Shown: one piece after another, positions 50,770 through 63,938 of the stretch
How positions within the stretch are numbered: the first letter of the stretch is position 1
Layout of the letters: the number at the start of each line of letters is the position of its first letter
Assembly (NCBI GenBank): GCA_037447605.1
Contig: CM074811.1
Coordinates: 2,108,001-2,172,000 of the forward strand
Length of the DNA stretch: 64,000 nt
DNA from: Zygnema circumcarinatum SAG 698-1b
Taxonomy: Eukaryota; Plantae; Zygnematophyceae
Direction: 5' to 3'
Program-made: the position numbers and the translations under genes
The notes under the pieces: model-generated
The model's input: only the letters and a program-made list of their open reading frames with translations
Told to the model about the DNA's origin: nothing
Database searches by the model: none

Positions 50770-51035
50770 GAGAGGGAGGGAGGGAGGGAGGGAGGGAGAG
50801 GGAGGGGGGGGGGGTGGGGAGCGGAGAGAGAGAGAGAGAGAGAGAGAGAGTGCGAGTGCGAGTGAGAGGGGGAGAAGAGAGTGGGAGAGGGGCGGCTGCC
50901 TTCTAGTTCTTTTTTTGAGTGTCGGAATGACATGTATGAACTCCCACTTTGGGATGGAAAAAAGGCCATCTTGGTTTTTTGTTTGTAAAGTAAAGCCAAT
51001 CTCAGAGCGAAGTTTAAAGATGGCAAATAAAGTAA

Positions 51036-51979
51036 GGGTAGTGATATTTCCACCCCTTTTTTGGATCCAAACACCCCTTCCCGGCCGGGCAGATTTCAAA
51101 AAGGATTAAAAACGGAAAATGCTTTTTTCACACCTTTCTGGAATCGATACCCACCCTCCATCGGCAGATCATATATTTTGCGAAACAAGGAAAATGATAA
51201 CCCGTCACCCCATTTTGAATATCCCGCCTACCTGAATTTTTTTCACGCGTGCGGTCAATCGCAGCCGTCGATTTCCTCGCATATCGCAACACGACAGATC
51301 ACTATTTGATCTGCAGCCGGGCTCGGTCACAGCGAATGGCACTTGCCCACGTATCCCGCCAAAGTCGTCTCAAAAGTTTGTCCGTACAAATGTGGTACGG
51401 TCGCAACTTTGAGGAACCCAAAATTTCATACATTGAGAGCTTGAACCAATCAAAATTTTCCACGTCGACATGTAACACCTGGCAGATGTTGATTGGCTAG
51501 AAGCTGACAATGACGAGATCTCGGGCCGAGGGACGCAAGCACTCGCACTTGCGATCCGGCTTTGACGGGACTCGTGGGCGCTTTCCATTCGCTGAGATCG
51601 AGCCCGGCTGCAGATCGAACGGTGATCTGCAGTGGTGCGATCTGCGAGGGAATCGACAGCTGCGATTGATACGCACGTGTGAAGGACGGACACCCGCGAA
51701 CGATCTCGGCGGACGGATCTTCCGCTCCGAGCGGATTCGGGCAGGCAGATATTTCTTTCCCTCTAAAAAAAAAATTCAGGGAGGCGGGATACAGTATTCA
51801 AAATGCAGTGACGGGGTATCATTTTCCTTGGTTAGAAAAAATAAAATCAGCCTACGAAAGGTGGGTATCGATTCTAAAAAGGTGAGAAAAAAGCATTTTC
51901 CGTTTTTAATCCTTTTTGAAATCTGCCCGGCCGGGAAGGGGTGTTTGGATCCAAAAAAGGGGTGGAAATATCACTACCC
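51036..51979. mobile_element. Foldback / Mutator-like non-autonomous element with very long TIRs
   Basis: Begins GGGTAGTGATATTTCCACCCC and ends GGGGTGGAAATATCACTACCC. First ~90 bp are a perfect inverted repeat; imperfect pairing extends to ~51365 vs ~51557 with an ~85-bp indel. Flanks taaagtaa / ttaagtaa (7/8) are a probable TSD. Confidence 0.88.
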
Positions 51980-52794
51980 TTAAGTAAAGTCCATCCTTTC
52001 ATGTCATTTGTCGGAAGCATGCGAACCACCCTCCGTCGTCTGCAGCACTTTCCGTTCAGTTACAGTTCGCCGCAAATCGCAGAAATCACGTTTTTACAGC
52101 GAAATGGAGCACACGGAACGCGCCATTTGATCCGTACGGTATTTTCCCCCGTACGGTAATCCTGTGTGCCCAGTCGGCGCCGCCAGGGCATGCATGCCAC
52201 GTGGAATGTCACGTAGAATGCCGACGGGGACAGGGCAAAAGTCAGCCAGAGTCGTGCTGTCGAACTGTACGGAGAGGCAAAGAAACCACCTCGGCGAATC
52301 ATATTTCGCCACGTGGACAAAGGGCGACCGGCGGCGAGCGGAGAACCGCCGGCGCCAAACTGCTGACCGTCCATGCATTGAACCGGCTGGGAGGGCGGGC
52401 GCGTTTGTTGTTTTGTTCGGGGACTGCCGACGAGACTACAACCTTGACCATATCCTTGAATCCTTGATATCTCAATGCTTGGACCCTGAACCCTGGATCT
52501 ACCACCCTGAACTCCTAGCCCTGAAAGTTAAACCTTAACCCTTGGACATCAACCGTGGACCATGAAGATTTGGAATCAGTTCTGTAACCGCTTCAACCGA
52601 GCTGACTAACCAACTGAAATACCGAGTCAAGTTGTAATAAACCCGAAACTGACTAAGACCACCTGCCGCGGCCACGCCGTCGGCCGGCCGGACTCGTCGG
52701 CCGGCAGGCCCTGTCGCAAACGACAAACGTGCCCGCCCGGAACGCAGATTGCTCTACGGTTTGGCGACCGCCGGTTCTGAGGCCCGTCGCCGGT

Positions 52795-53196
52795 CGACTT
52801 TAGTCCACGTGGCGACTTTGTCCACGTGGAATATTTATGTGACCGTACCTTTAAAAAAAGATCTTTCCTCGAGTGCGGTGCTGACTTGGCGGGGCACTAT
52901 CGCGACAGCGATCTCCAGCCAATAGAAAACGTCCTATGCATGTGTGAAAGTTTGAATCCAGCACTCTCTCAGTCAATTCCATGTGAAACACGTCGTTGAA
53001 AAATTATGTTAGCCAATGAGAGTGCTGCCTTTTTTTGCTATCCTGCCTTTACTCGGTTCGGCGGCGCCTTGCTTCTGCCAGCACGGCAAGGTGAGGCTGG
53101 TGACACGCGGTGCCACGTGGCGTGCTCGCAGTAACCTATGTACGGCACCGACCTACGTACGCCCTTTCTAGCCCACCCCCTTGGTAAGTATATAAA
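52795..53196 (+). promoter_or_regulatory. PEPCK promoter: tandem duplicated G-boxes, GCCACGTGGC, CCAAT motifs and TATA box
   Basis: cgacttt(a)gtccacgtgg twice (52795-52829), gccacgtggc ~53112, CCAAT at ~52919 and ~53013, TATATAAA ~53189-53196. Confidence 0.6.
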
Positions 53197-53375
53197 GGTC
53201 CCCCCACACCTTTCTGGCTGGAACTCTGGAGGAGGAAGATCTTGAGGAGGGAGGGGGTCTTGGAGCTGGGAGGGCGGGCCTGAGCAGGGAGGGAGGGGAG
53301 GGGCCTGCTTGCAAGGGGGAGGGGAGTTTGTTGTATTCAGTTGCAGCTGCAGATTTTGAAGGCCTTGAAGGGGCC

Positions 53376-56300
53376 ATGGCAGGGACGGTGGTGCAGACGG
53401 GAGCCATGGCTTATTTGCAGGGAGGTGCAGGGCTCTGTTGCAGGGAGAGGGTGGCTTTTGCGGAGAGCTCAGTGCAGCTCGCTACTTCTCTTCTACCTGT
53501 TAGAGTTTCCAGGAGGAAGAATGGGAAGGTGAGTGGTGTGGTTGTGGCTGCGTTTCTCTGTCCGCTGGTATGCTGAAGTCCGTGTTGACAGATGCAGAGT
53601 TTCGAACTGTTTTTTTTCTGGTTATTTCATTGTAAGTAGCTGTGTTTTTTTTTTGAATTTTCGGTCATGATTCTTGGAAGGACGTACACGCAGAAGCTAA
53701 CTGCGGGCGACATGCCGTTGACTTTGCAGGCGTTGGGAGGAGTCACCACTATGACAATGGCTCCGGTACGACCGACCTCCTCTCCGAGCCCGTTGGAGGG
53801 CGGCAGCAATCGAGCCGCCAACGCAATTGAGGAAGTCAAGAAGCAGAAAACAGAGGACGTGCCTCCTCTTGTGCCAGACGACATATACATTGCCAAACTG
53901 AACCCGAAGGAAGTGCTCCGTAATCTGTCGCCTGCAGGTAGCGCTTGTTTCCTTCCTCCCTTCTCTTCCGTCCTCACTTATTCAATACAATTATGGCGAC
54001 TTGAATGGACGTACTCTGATTATTGTGCGTGTTGCCATTGATTACTGCAGTAAAATTTACATTTTGTATATGCTGGTCCTGGTTTGGAATGTGGGTGATC
54101 TGTTGGAATGTGCAGAGCTGTACGAATTCGCGATCGGTCACGAGAAAGGCAACTTCATTGTGTCCTCCGGGGCGATGGCCACATTGTCTGGGCAGAAGAC
54201 TGGTCGATCGCCAAAAGATAAGCGGGTGGTGAAAGAACGCAACCATGCGGAGGATCTCTGGTGGGGCAAGTAAGTATTTGGTTAACTCGTCCATTCTTCA
54301 TGATGGAAAGGAGCTTTCCAGCAATGGTCTTCCATTGTGAAGGGAGGAAGTAGTCTTCGTTCAGGATATGCAAATTGCTCAGCGTGCTCTTCTGGTATTT
54401 TTATGCAGGGCTTCCCCCAATCTTGAAATGGACGAATTCACATTCATGGTGAACCGCGAGCGTGCAGTCGATTTCCTCAACCTTATGCCTAGGGTGAGAA
54501 ATATTTTGTAAGAAAAGCTTGGTTTTAAGTGGTTTTAAATTCAAGTTTTCACCGCCTGATTGAGTCATATTCGGTTGCCTGATGGCACGTTCAAGTGGGA
54601 TGGATTATTCGTCGTCAGACCAATTTCGGTTATTGTGTTCTGTGCAGATTTACATTCAAGACATGTTCCTTGGGTGGGACCCGAAGTTGCGACTGAAAGT
54701 GCGGATTGTCTGTGCCAGGGCATATCATGCGCTTTTCATGCACAACATGTAATGATTCTACGCACTCTCCGGATGTGTGTGGGTTGTGGTTCAGAGCTAT
54801 AATTGATGCTCAAAATGCTTCTCCCTACATTCTTGGATTTGCCGTATTGCTTAATTGGTTGCCTTATTGTGGCAGGTGCATACCGCCGACTGAGGAGGAG
54901 CTGAAAGACTTTGGAGAGCCTGATTTCACCATCTACAATGCAGGAGGCTTCCCTGTTAATCGTCTGACTCCCTACATGACATCTGGCACCAGTGTGGATA
55001 TTGATCTTAACCGGTATGTCTGATTGCCAGTCCCCTCAACTGAAACTGTCATTCCTTCCTGCAGTGCAACCCTCTAGTTTTCTTCTTCCATTTCATCGTG
55101 TGCTTTTGCCTTTTTGATGGAATGTAGGATGGAGATGGTGATTCTTGGAACCGAGTATGCGGGAGAAATGAAGAAGGGTCTTTTCTCGCTCATGAATTAC
55201 CTCATGCCAAAGCAAGGCGTCCTATCTCTCCACTCCGGATGCAATATGTCTAAGGATAACAAAGTAACGCTCTTCTTTGGCCTTTCAGGTATGTTCAATT
55301 TTTCCCATACGCATATGTAGAAAGTCGATTCAATCTAAGTACTACTATTTACAATGTTGACACGATGCCATCATCTTTAAATGCTCAAGAGGAGAGAGAA
55401 GTTGTGTGCAGGAACTGGGAAAACTACATTGTCGACAGATCCAAACAGATACTTGATTGGTGATGATGAGCATCTGTGGAGTGACGATGGAGTGGCCAAT
55501 ATCGAGGGAGGCTGCTATGCCAAATGCATCAACCTAGACAAGGAAAAGGAGCCCGATATATACAACGCCATACGCTTTGGCTCTGTGCTTGAAAATGTCG
55601 TGTTCGATTCCCACACGCGAGAAGTTGATTTCTCGGATAATACTATTACGGGTGAGTGGAATGGAGGAACAGAAATGCAAATCTCCTCCATAGTGAATGA
55701 ACTGGAACACAAAGCTTTCTGATGTTAATTTTGCTGGGGAGCGAATTGACTGACTCTTTCATGCTACGGGATTGCAGAAAATACGCGAGTATCATACCCC
55801 ATTCATTACATTGCCAATGCCAAGATACCCTGTGTAGGACCGCATCCAACGAATGTCATCCTGCTTACCTGCGACGCATTTGGAGTTCTCCCTCCAGTCA
55901 GCCGCCTAACGCCCGAGCAGACCATGTATCACTTCATATCTGGTTACACAGCAAAGGTCAGACATTGGTCCTTGTCGTCCACACCCTTCCTCCCACCTCG
56001 TTGTCCATCCTGAGTTTTTCTTTCAAACCGCGAAACCCTTCCCCGTCAAGTAATCAAGAGGTTATGGTAATCATTCTCCCTTACCCGCTTCTACAGGTAG
56101 CAGGAACTGAAATGGGAGTGAAGGAGCCGGAGGCAACCTTCTCGGCATGTTTCGGTGCAGCGTTCATGATGTGGCATCCGGCAAAGTATGGGACTCTGCT
56201 GGCCGAAAAGATGCAGAAACATGGAACTACCGCCTGGTTGGTGAACACCGGGTGGACAGGTGGCAGCTACGGAGTGGGCCACAGAATGAAGCTCTCCCAG

Positions 56301-56795
56301 ACTCGTGCTATCATTGATGCCATCCATGACGGCTCGCTGCTCAAAGCAGACTTCGTCACTACGGATGTGTTTGGCTTGCACGTGCCCACCTCCTGTAATA
56401 ACGTGCCCTCGGAAATTCTCCAGCCCGAACTCCAGGTACAGCTCCTTCCCACCTTACAATTCTTAATCATGGGTTTTGCTTCGCTGCCTTTCTGAACATT
56501 GTGTTATACAGACAGCCGTGCTGTGCTGTGCTGTGCTGTGCTGTGCTGGGAACTGTGGTTCTTTCTTGGGGATTTTTTATGGCTGTTGTGTCATGGAACT
56601 TAGGACTGTAGGACAAATTTCTCAAATGGATGGTGGTGCCTGCTGCAGTGGGAGGATAAGGAGGCGTTCAAGAGGACCCTGCTAAACCTCGGAGAGCTCT
56701 TCCAGAAGAACTTCCAAAATTTCACTGAGTACGATATGGAGGGGACGCACCACACGATCCCGGAGGCTGTTCTGAAGGCAGGTCCTCGGTTGTAA
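53376..56795 (+). CDS. PCK1: Phosphoenolpyruvate carboxykinase (ATP), multi-exon, with N-terminal extension
   Basis: [16 protein letters not shown]; [13 protein letters not shown]; LHSGCNM; P-loop FFGLS|[11 protein letters not shown]; LIGDDEH; NIEGGCYAK; FSACFG; [10 protein letters not shown]. Stop TAA 56793-56795. Confidence 0.97.
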
Positions 56796-57827
56796 GCAAT
56801 TCGTTCTGGGGGTGGAGAAGAAACTTAAGTCTTTCAAAAGCGTCGACTTTTGTTAAGTGTACAATATGGAAACGTGGGCATTGCTATATAGTGTAAAAGG
56901 CATAGATTGGTATCAGAACAACTTGGAAGATGTTTGCTTTCAAGAAATACAAGCGATACTGTTGAAGGCTGATGTTTCCATATACAACTGAAACATCGTC
57001 TAAAAATAAAGTAAAAAAAAAATAAGTAAAATAGTAAGTTGGAGAAACGTTTTCACACATTTTTTGTACTCACCTTACGCCTAATTAATAGCTCATTACA
57101 AAACAAGCTTCAACGGCCTTCGGTTCCTACCTTCGATGCTTTTTGTGCTGACGCCTCACTCTCCACTCTCTCCATCTTTCCAATCTCTATTTCCCTTCTC
57201 CCGCTCGTCCCTCCCTCCCTCCCTCCCTCCCCCCCTTGCTTTGCTGCCTGAGAGGTACCCTAACTGAGGAATGGCAAGTGCTGCACTTGCATAGTTTTTG
57301 AGCGGTATAGACCTAATCTTGGCACGAGTAAGAGTGCAATATTTTACTAGACGCAAGACTCCACCTCCCACTCCCTTCCCTCGGAGCCCTCTTCCTCTAA
57401 TTCTGTAGACTTTCTCATGGTCTTTGGGAAGAAATATCGCATAAGCACGAAATGCATCTCACGCCATACAACCTTGAACCCCTTTGAGACGCTCCTCGAG
57501 AAGAGTGCGCGGGCCAGAAGGCGGGCCTTGTCTTCCACGCTCTCAGAGTGGAGAACGCTCCCACAGTCAGGCCACAGGTATGCGTCCCTCGTCCAGTTTC
57601 CCCCCCCCCCCCCCCCCCCCTTTCCACCCCCCCTCCCTTCCCCTCCCGCCCTCCCCCCCTCCGCCCCTCCCACACTCCCCACTTTTCTGTCCTCGCCCTG
57701 CCTCTACGAGACTCGTAAAATATTTGTACTTCTCGTATTGGACACATCAATGCGATTCGATACGATCATCAATCACGCTATGTTATGTGAATAAAATAGC
57801 GTGACTTTCACTTCTGAAAGGGGAGTG

Positions 57828-57914
57828 ATGTGGCATTGATCTCACGATGGCAAGGCCATCAAATGTACATGGCCAAAATCAGCGTGGGGAAGGAACCACG
57901 AGGAACTGGTCGCA
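57828..57914 (+). repeat. Dispersed repeat 'A', copy 3
   Basis: gatgtggcattgatctcacgatggcaaggccatcaaatgtacatggccaaaatcagcgtggggaaggaaccacgaggaactggtcgca. Confidence 0.85.
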
Positions 57915-59346
57915 AACATTGAACAGTGAACAGTGAACTTTTGAAAGTGTAGCGTCTCACAGATTATTGATCACAAGAATACTGCGAGGACGGACGAGAG
58001 GGTATCGTCGCCCATTCATCAAATGTTAAGCAGTTTGATTTACCGTTAGCGAGAAGCCAGAAGGCAGTATCGGAAGATATGGCAGTATCGGACTTTCAAA
58101 ACGGCTGTGGAAGATGTTTAGGATCTTTAAAGCAGTCCGTTAAGTAAGAAATATTTTGTTATGTTATGTTTTGGAGTGTTTTTGGAGCTGTATGTCGACA
58201 TTTCCCTTTCCTCCAATTCCTGCAATTTCCGAGACCTGTATTTTCTCAAACAGCACTCGAGTCGCGCAGTAAACAACGCCTTTGTTTTTAATGTTCAGTT
58301 CCAAATGCCATTGCTCTACATTCGTGAACATTCGCCGATTCATTTCCCACTCCTATCTCCTCCCCTTTTTTTCTATCCATCCCCTCTCATTCACTCTCAC
58401 TATCTGCTTTACCAGCCTATGTTTCACTCCGTCTCCTCTCTCATCAGTTTCCTCTCCCTCTCTCTCTCGCTCTCTCCCTCCCTTCCCCTCTCCGTCCCTC
58501 CGCTCTCGACAGCGCCCCCTCCCTCTCCTCTCTCAACACCGATTGGTGGCGGCTGTCACGAAAATTACCAACACTTGCTAACGGCTGGTTAGCGAATTTC
58601 GCCCCATTTGAACACGAAACACCCAACAAACTCCACTGTTGTCGGAGTAGGTGGAAAGAGAATTCATTCTCGTCAATCTCCCCTTCCTTCCAGTCTCTCG
58701 TTCCTCCCTCTCTCGCCCCTCTCTCCCCTCATTTTTTAATGCTTACATGAGGTCCATTCTTTTCACTATACAGAGGGCCATGCGGACCATGCTCCACTCA
58801 TCTATAAGGTTCGAACATAGACCCTCCATGAAGTTAATAAGATAGTCCCAAATAACCCGTTTCTTGCTGTTACAGTAAAGAAAGAGTGCTGCATTTGCAC
58901 CACTTCAAAGAGAGCCCCTTGACAAGAGAGACTTTATCGGAGTGACCAAAGGATTCAGAATTACAGAAACAAAAATCTAAACCCCAAATGCTAATGTGCA
59001 GCCGATGCCATTTCAAACGCACTGAAACTCTACGGCCACAGCTACCTATTAAGCCCATGCTATCACATCTTCGTGGTTTCCACCGCCACCAAAAACTTAT
59101 TGCAAGCAGCTTTGGTGGAATAAATTGGATACAAACTCACAGACTTCTAACGTAATCTTACTAATGAGCTGAGCTCATACACGACACTGATTCTTTCTGC
59201 CTAAAGGAACCTTGAAATGGGGGACTGCAATTTTGCCCTTGTCGACTACGTTGAGAGAATCATAATATTTAGAGGAATGCCAAAAGTATGGCTATCAAAA
59301 CTTTTCCTATGCAGGGAGTGAAGCCCTTGAGAAATATGGGAGGAGA

Positions 59347-62300
59347 CTACCTTCGGCCTGAAAGCAGAAGGCCGGGAGGAGGTTGAAAGGAGTTTCCCTT
59401 TGGATGCGCCCAACTGTCGATAATGCCGGCCACAGAGGAATATGTTCCCGCTATAGCACATCCAAAGCCTATTGACATGATGGAGTAGCAGAGAAAGGCC
59501 TATACACGGCAACAGCGCAAAGAGGAGACAGCTCATTACATGCCGAACAGACTCAGGTTAGGCTTCAAAAGAGTAGCTGTTAAAAGAGTAGCTTTCATCA
59601 TTAGGAAGAGTTAACGGCGGTGGTTTAAGGTCTCGAAGAAAACTGAGAATACCTGAAATAACGTAGCGCGTTTTCCGAGAATGCTCAGATAGCATGCGCA
59701 TGGGAGGATAACTGACTGCAGGCCAAACCAGTAATGGTGTCAAACATTCTGCTACGGGTTGACAAGACATATGGTTCATTAGAAGGGAAAAGCCGCAAAG
59801 TGGTCTACCGACAATAGGTGGATCCAATAGGCAATTTAAAAGTTCTAAATGCACTTACGACTGTCATGCTGAGGAATGAACCGATGAAGGCCATAACGTA
59901 TCCTGCAGAACACAGTCAAGAAATGGCCCCTCAATTTGTGCAGGGAAATGGAAGAAACAAGTGAGGGATACGGTAAAGCATAAAACAGACCGACAAGGAC
60001 CACAAAGGCCAATTTTAAGCACTTCACTTAAAGCCGCTTCTCCTGTTACATGCAAACAGAGCAAATCAAAGTGGAGAGAGATGTCAGAAGAAGCAAACCA
60101 CGAGCAGACCAACAATAAAACTCTCAGAAAGCTTGTTCTGCAATAAGGCAGAATGCAAGTAGCACGCACCAAAGAAGGGCACCATGAGTGCAACAACTAC
60201 TGTTGAAGCTACGAGAGCTGTACGGATGCATAGAGACGCGTTACGGTGGGCGCTGCTTGCAGGGTGCATGGGAAGAAGCTCCTCCAAACTGAGAGCAACA
60301 GGGGTCATAGTGAGAGCAAATGTGCTCACAAGTAGCGAGTTAAGGCAACACGAGCCTCCAATAGCAAGCAGGGAATGGGGGCAGACAATTATACTAAGAA
60401 CTGCGACCAACCCACTTTCTCCCTTCAAGACAGAGAGCAAGGTAAAGAGGTGTCCAACAGTTGCTGATGTTGGCAGTGAAGCCAACATCACCTACCCGTT
60501 CATGCTTCAGAAAATTAGAACTGCAGATTGACTGACAGTGATCAAAACTGAAAGCGGAAAAGGAAGCAACTCGGTTTCCAGTAGCATTTCCAGCAGCAAA
60601 GCCAAGACAAGCGTGAGGGGATATTTGGTAACAGGGTTCACCACCTGCCATCCACCCCTTGCTCCCAAAGGTGAGCTCAATGCCAATACAGCTCCTGTAG
60701 GACTCCAAGTAACAGCTAAATATGATCCAACCGAAAGAGCTACCAGTAGTGTAAAGCGACAATTCACAACTCCAAGTTCAGAATTGAATAGCCGTGATTT
60801 TCTTGAGATTAATGGCACAGCTCAAGCACATAACATGCTTAACATACCGTAGTCCACACAGCGATTTTCGACGCTGTGAACGCTGGAGGCAAATTAAGAG
60901 TAATCTGTGCTTCGGTTGCTGCTCCGAACATAGTATAACCCATGATGGCAACTCCTCCGTATATGAATAACACGAGCAGGAAGCTGTACTCAACCATTGC
61001 CCATCCCACAAGCCTGTCAATAAGGGGCTTTGAGACCTCCTTCGCCTGTAGCAGAAGGCACCCCAACAGTATCTCTCACAGCTCCAATCTCTCCCTTAAC
61101 TGAAACTACTCTCCACCATTCCTCTCTCCTCTCTCTCCTTCCTCTTTACCACCTCAACCAGCTGACTGCACCTGACTTCATGTAAGGCCATGATGAGATG
61201 CCTCTCGGGTCCAAATGCAGGTAAAGCCTACCTTGTCAACAGCACACTGGGGTACTGCGATCTGTCCTTAAGGGAGGAGTAAATATTTGGGAACACCGCA
61301 TGGCCAGAATAGCAGAAGCCACAGAGTCCAATTGCGACGGGAAGGCCCCGAATATTCAATAAAGGCCCTGACTGGTGGAAGCCGACTCCATCAAATGTTC
61401 CAACCCAAAAGACACTGACCACCACCACAATTGATGCTACCACTCCTCCAGCTGCCATAGAGGAAAACAGGGGAAGCCTTTCAGGCTTGTAAGCAAGGAA
61501 ACCCATCTTTCATAATGCATCCAAGGCTCTCAATTTATTGCTTGAGAGAGTCCTACGTCAGCTCTTAGTGGAAGTTTTGGTAGCTCTGAGAGTATTGGTA
61601 TGCGTTACCAGCATAGAGTAGGTTATTGGGGACACCTTGGCAAATGATGAAGTGCCAAAGTTGAACAATAGAAGCCAACCCATTCAAAAGAAGCGACTGC
61701 AGAGAAACTTTGGTGATTTGACAGGGTTGTCTGTGTTCCAACCTGAAAGGTAAGACAGGAGACTCAGGTCTCGTAGCCAGAGCGTTGGAAGGATCATGAT
61801 AGCGGATAAAATTACAAATAGGGAGCGCCCTGGGAGTAACAGCCCACCAATGGTGAGCTGAAAGTTAGGGAATACGACAGCCAAGTTGTCACCTTCCAGG
61901 ATGAGAAACTCCACGCAGCAGGCCTGCACATTTCACGCCGACATCACAATGAGGCCTGCAGTCAACACTCCCTTTTTTCGACCTACAGACTCTGCTTTCT
62001 CAAGGACATGTGACAGCAAGAACACCAGAAGAAATATAAAAACTTATGCTATCATTCTACAAAGGAAAGCACACGCTTGCCATGAAAAATGGCAGCACTA
62101 AAGCCAATCACAAAGCCCTCACTTGTACCAGCCGGTAAGGTGATACCCTCACAAGGTGCATAAAACACTTGCAGAAGTGATTAAAGTAGGCAGTGGGGTG
62201 GGGGAAGGGAGGGATTCTTTACATAAAGCTCCACATACAACACGACCTGCAAATGCCCCCACCCAAGAAGATCACACACGTGAGGCCTGGGCAAACAGAG

Positions 62301-63938
62301 GAATACTAAATGGAGGAGGAGAGGATAAAAAAGAAATGACTGTGTAGTCGGTACAATTGAAATAGAGGCTTTGTATGGAACAAGAAGGGAAGGCATTGGG
62401 GGGACATACACATTAGGCAAACAAGAGCAGATGGAAAAAGAAAATGGAAAATAAAGTGTGAAGTGTGTAAAACGGGAAGCAAAGACAAAAAGGAAAAGTC
62501 ACGACGCAATCAGATACTACAAATAGCTAGCGAAAAGAGAAGCGTGGCCCGCCCTCACAAATCCCGACAACTCTGCTATCCTTCAATTGATTATTCCAGA
62601 AACCGTAGACCCTAGAACCCTAGACTTTATGGTTTTGGGAACCTGATACCCTACAAAATTAAATTATTATGGACCTTCAAAGATTTGTTTACCTATGGAA
62701 AGAAAACATTGACACTTGCATAACTGTATAGGTTCCTGAGATGATAGCCCAAATAACAAGTCTCCATTAAGAAGGAAACGCTGTTCTTATTGTTTCACTC
62801 CCAATAGCTGAAGATATAGACGATGACAACGACGTGATTGCGATACATCCTTTCATAAACAAAATTCATGGAAGCCCGTTGCAAAGATGCGTGTGCTGCG
62901 TGCCCATGGCCTTCTCAGTCTAACCTTAGTAACAAAGACCTGTCCCTCGAAAGAGAATGAATAGACTTAAAATGCTGTTCCCTCCAAGAAGTTACAAGAA
63001 CAGAGCTTGCTGCAGGACATGTAAAGCCACACTTAAAGGACAAATCCAGTCCAACCCATTACAGATGGGGCCCGTGCTGCTCTTTCAAAGATAAGTCCCT
63101 ACGTTCCTGAGAAAGTTCAAGTAAGGAATGCCAACAGATGCTCCTATTGCATGCTCGATAATTGCTCTAAAATAATTCTGACAAGGTGGAAGGTGAAAAA
63201 CTTGGAAGTGTGCAGCTGCAGACTACCTAACACAAAGCGTGGCAAGGACTGGGAAGCTATGCACTTGAGATGACCTCACAACATTCCTGGAACATTAGTG
63301 CAGCCTGAAGAAGTTGCAAACCTCAACCTGATACCAACAGGAAGAATCCTGCTTACTCCCTTAAACTAGGAAGGTCGACATTAAACGAACCAATCTGCCA
63401 CAAGTCGAGGCTGCTCCTTGTGTGCTTATCAAAACTCCTATCTGTGTCTGGGGTATTGGCAAAGGGGTTTTCCCGAACGCGCATCTTCCGTATGGAACGA
63501 GCCCAGTACCCTCCAATGAATTTCATCTTTCTGAGGCTTCCTACCCAGCCTGTTCTCTGCTTTTATATGCACATGAATGCTCCGGCTTCATTTCGTGTAA
63601 TATACCCTCCCTTGCTTCAGATTCGTTTAACTTACCGATATGATCAGCCTTCCCGTCCGCCCAAAAGCCGCTTCTCCAATGTCGGGATATGTCTCCAGTC
63701 CCACCTGGCTGTCCAGGCAGTTGCGTAATACCAGGCCCGTGTAGCAGCAGATGAGGGCAAGCACAAGAAGGAGAAGGAGGCTGAGCCATCCCCCTTGCAT
63801 TAATGCATATGGAGTGCCAAGGACTCCAACTCCAGCCAGGACATTCACCCCTGCAAGCAAAGGAATGAACCCTCCCAACTTGCAGGTAAGGAGAATAGGA
63901 GAAGGCAATGGCACAAATTTGCTACATTGTTCGAACAT
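59347..63938 (-). CDS. AVT1-like amino acid transporter (AAAP family); 5' part continues beyond window
   Basis: GVNVLAGVGVLGTPYALMQGGWL...TYPDIGEAAFG; LILEGDNLAVVFP; LWLRDLSLLSYLS; GLCGFCYSGHAVFPNIYSSLKD; FALTMTPVALSLEE; GYVMAFIGSFLSMTV|SVILPCACYL; GTYSSVAGII; stop 59347-59349. Confidence 0.93.
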
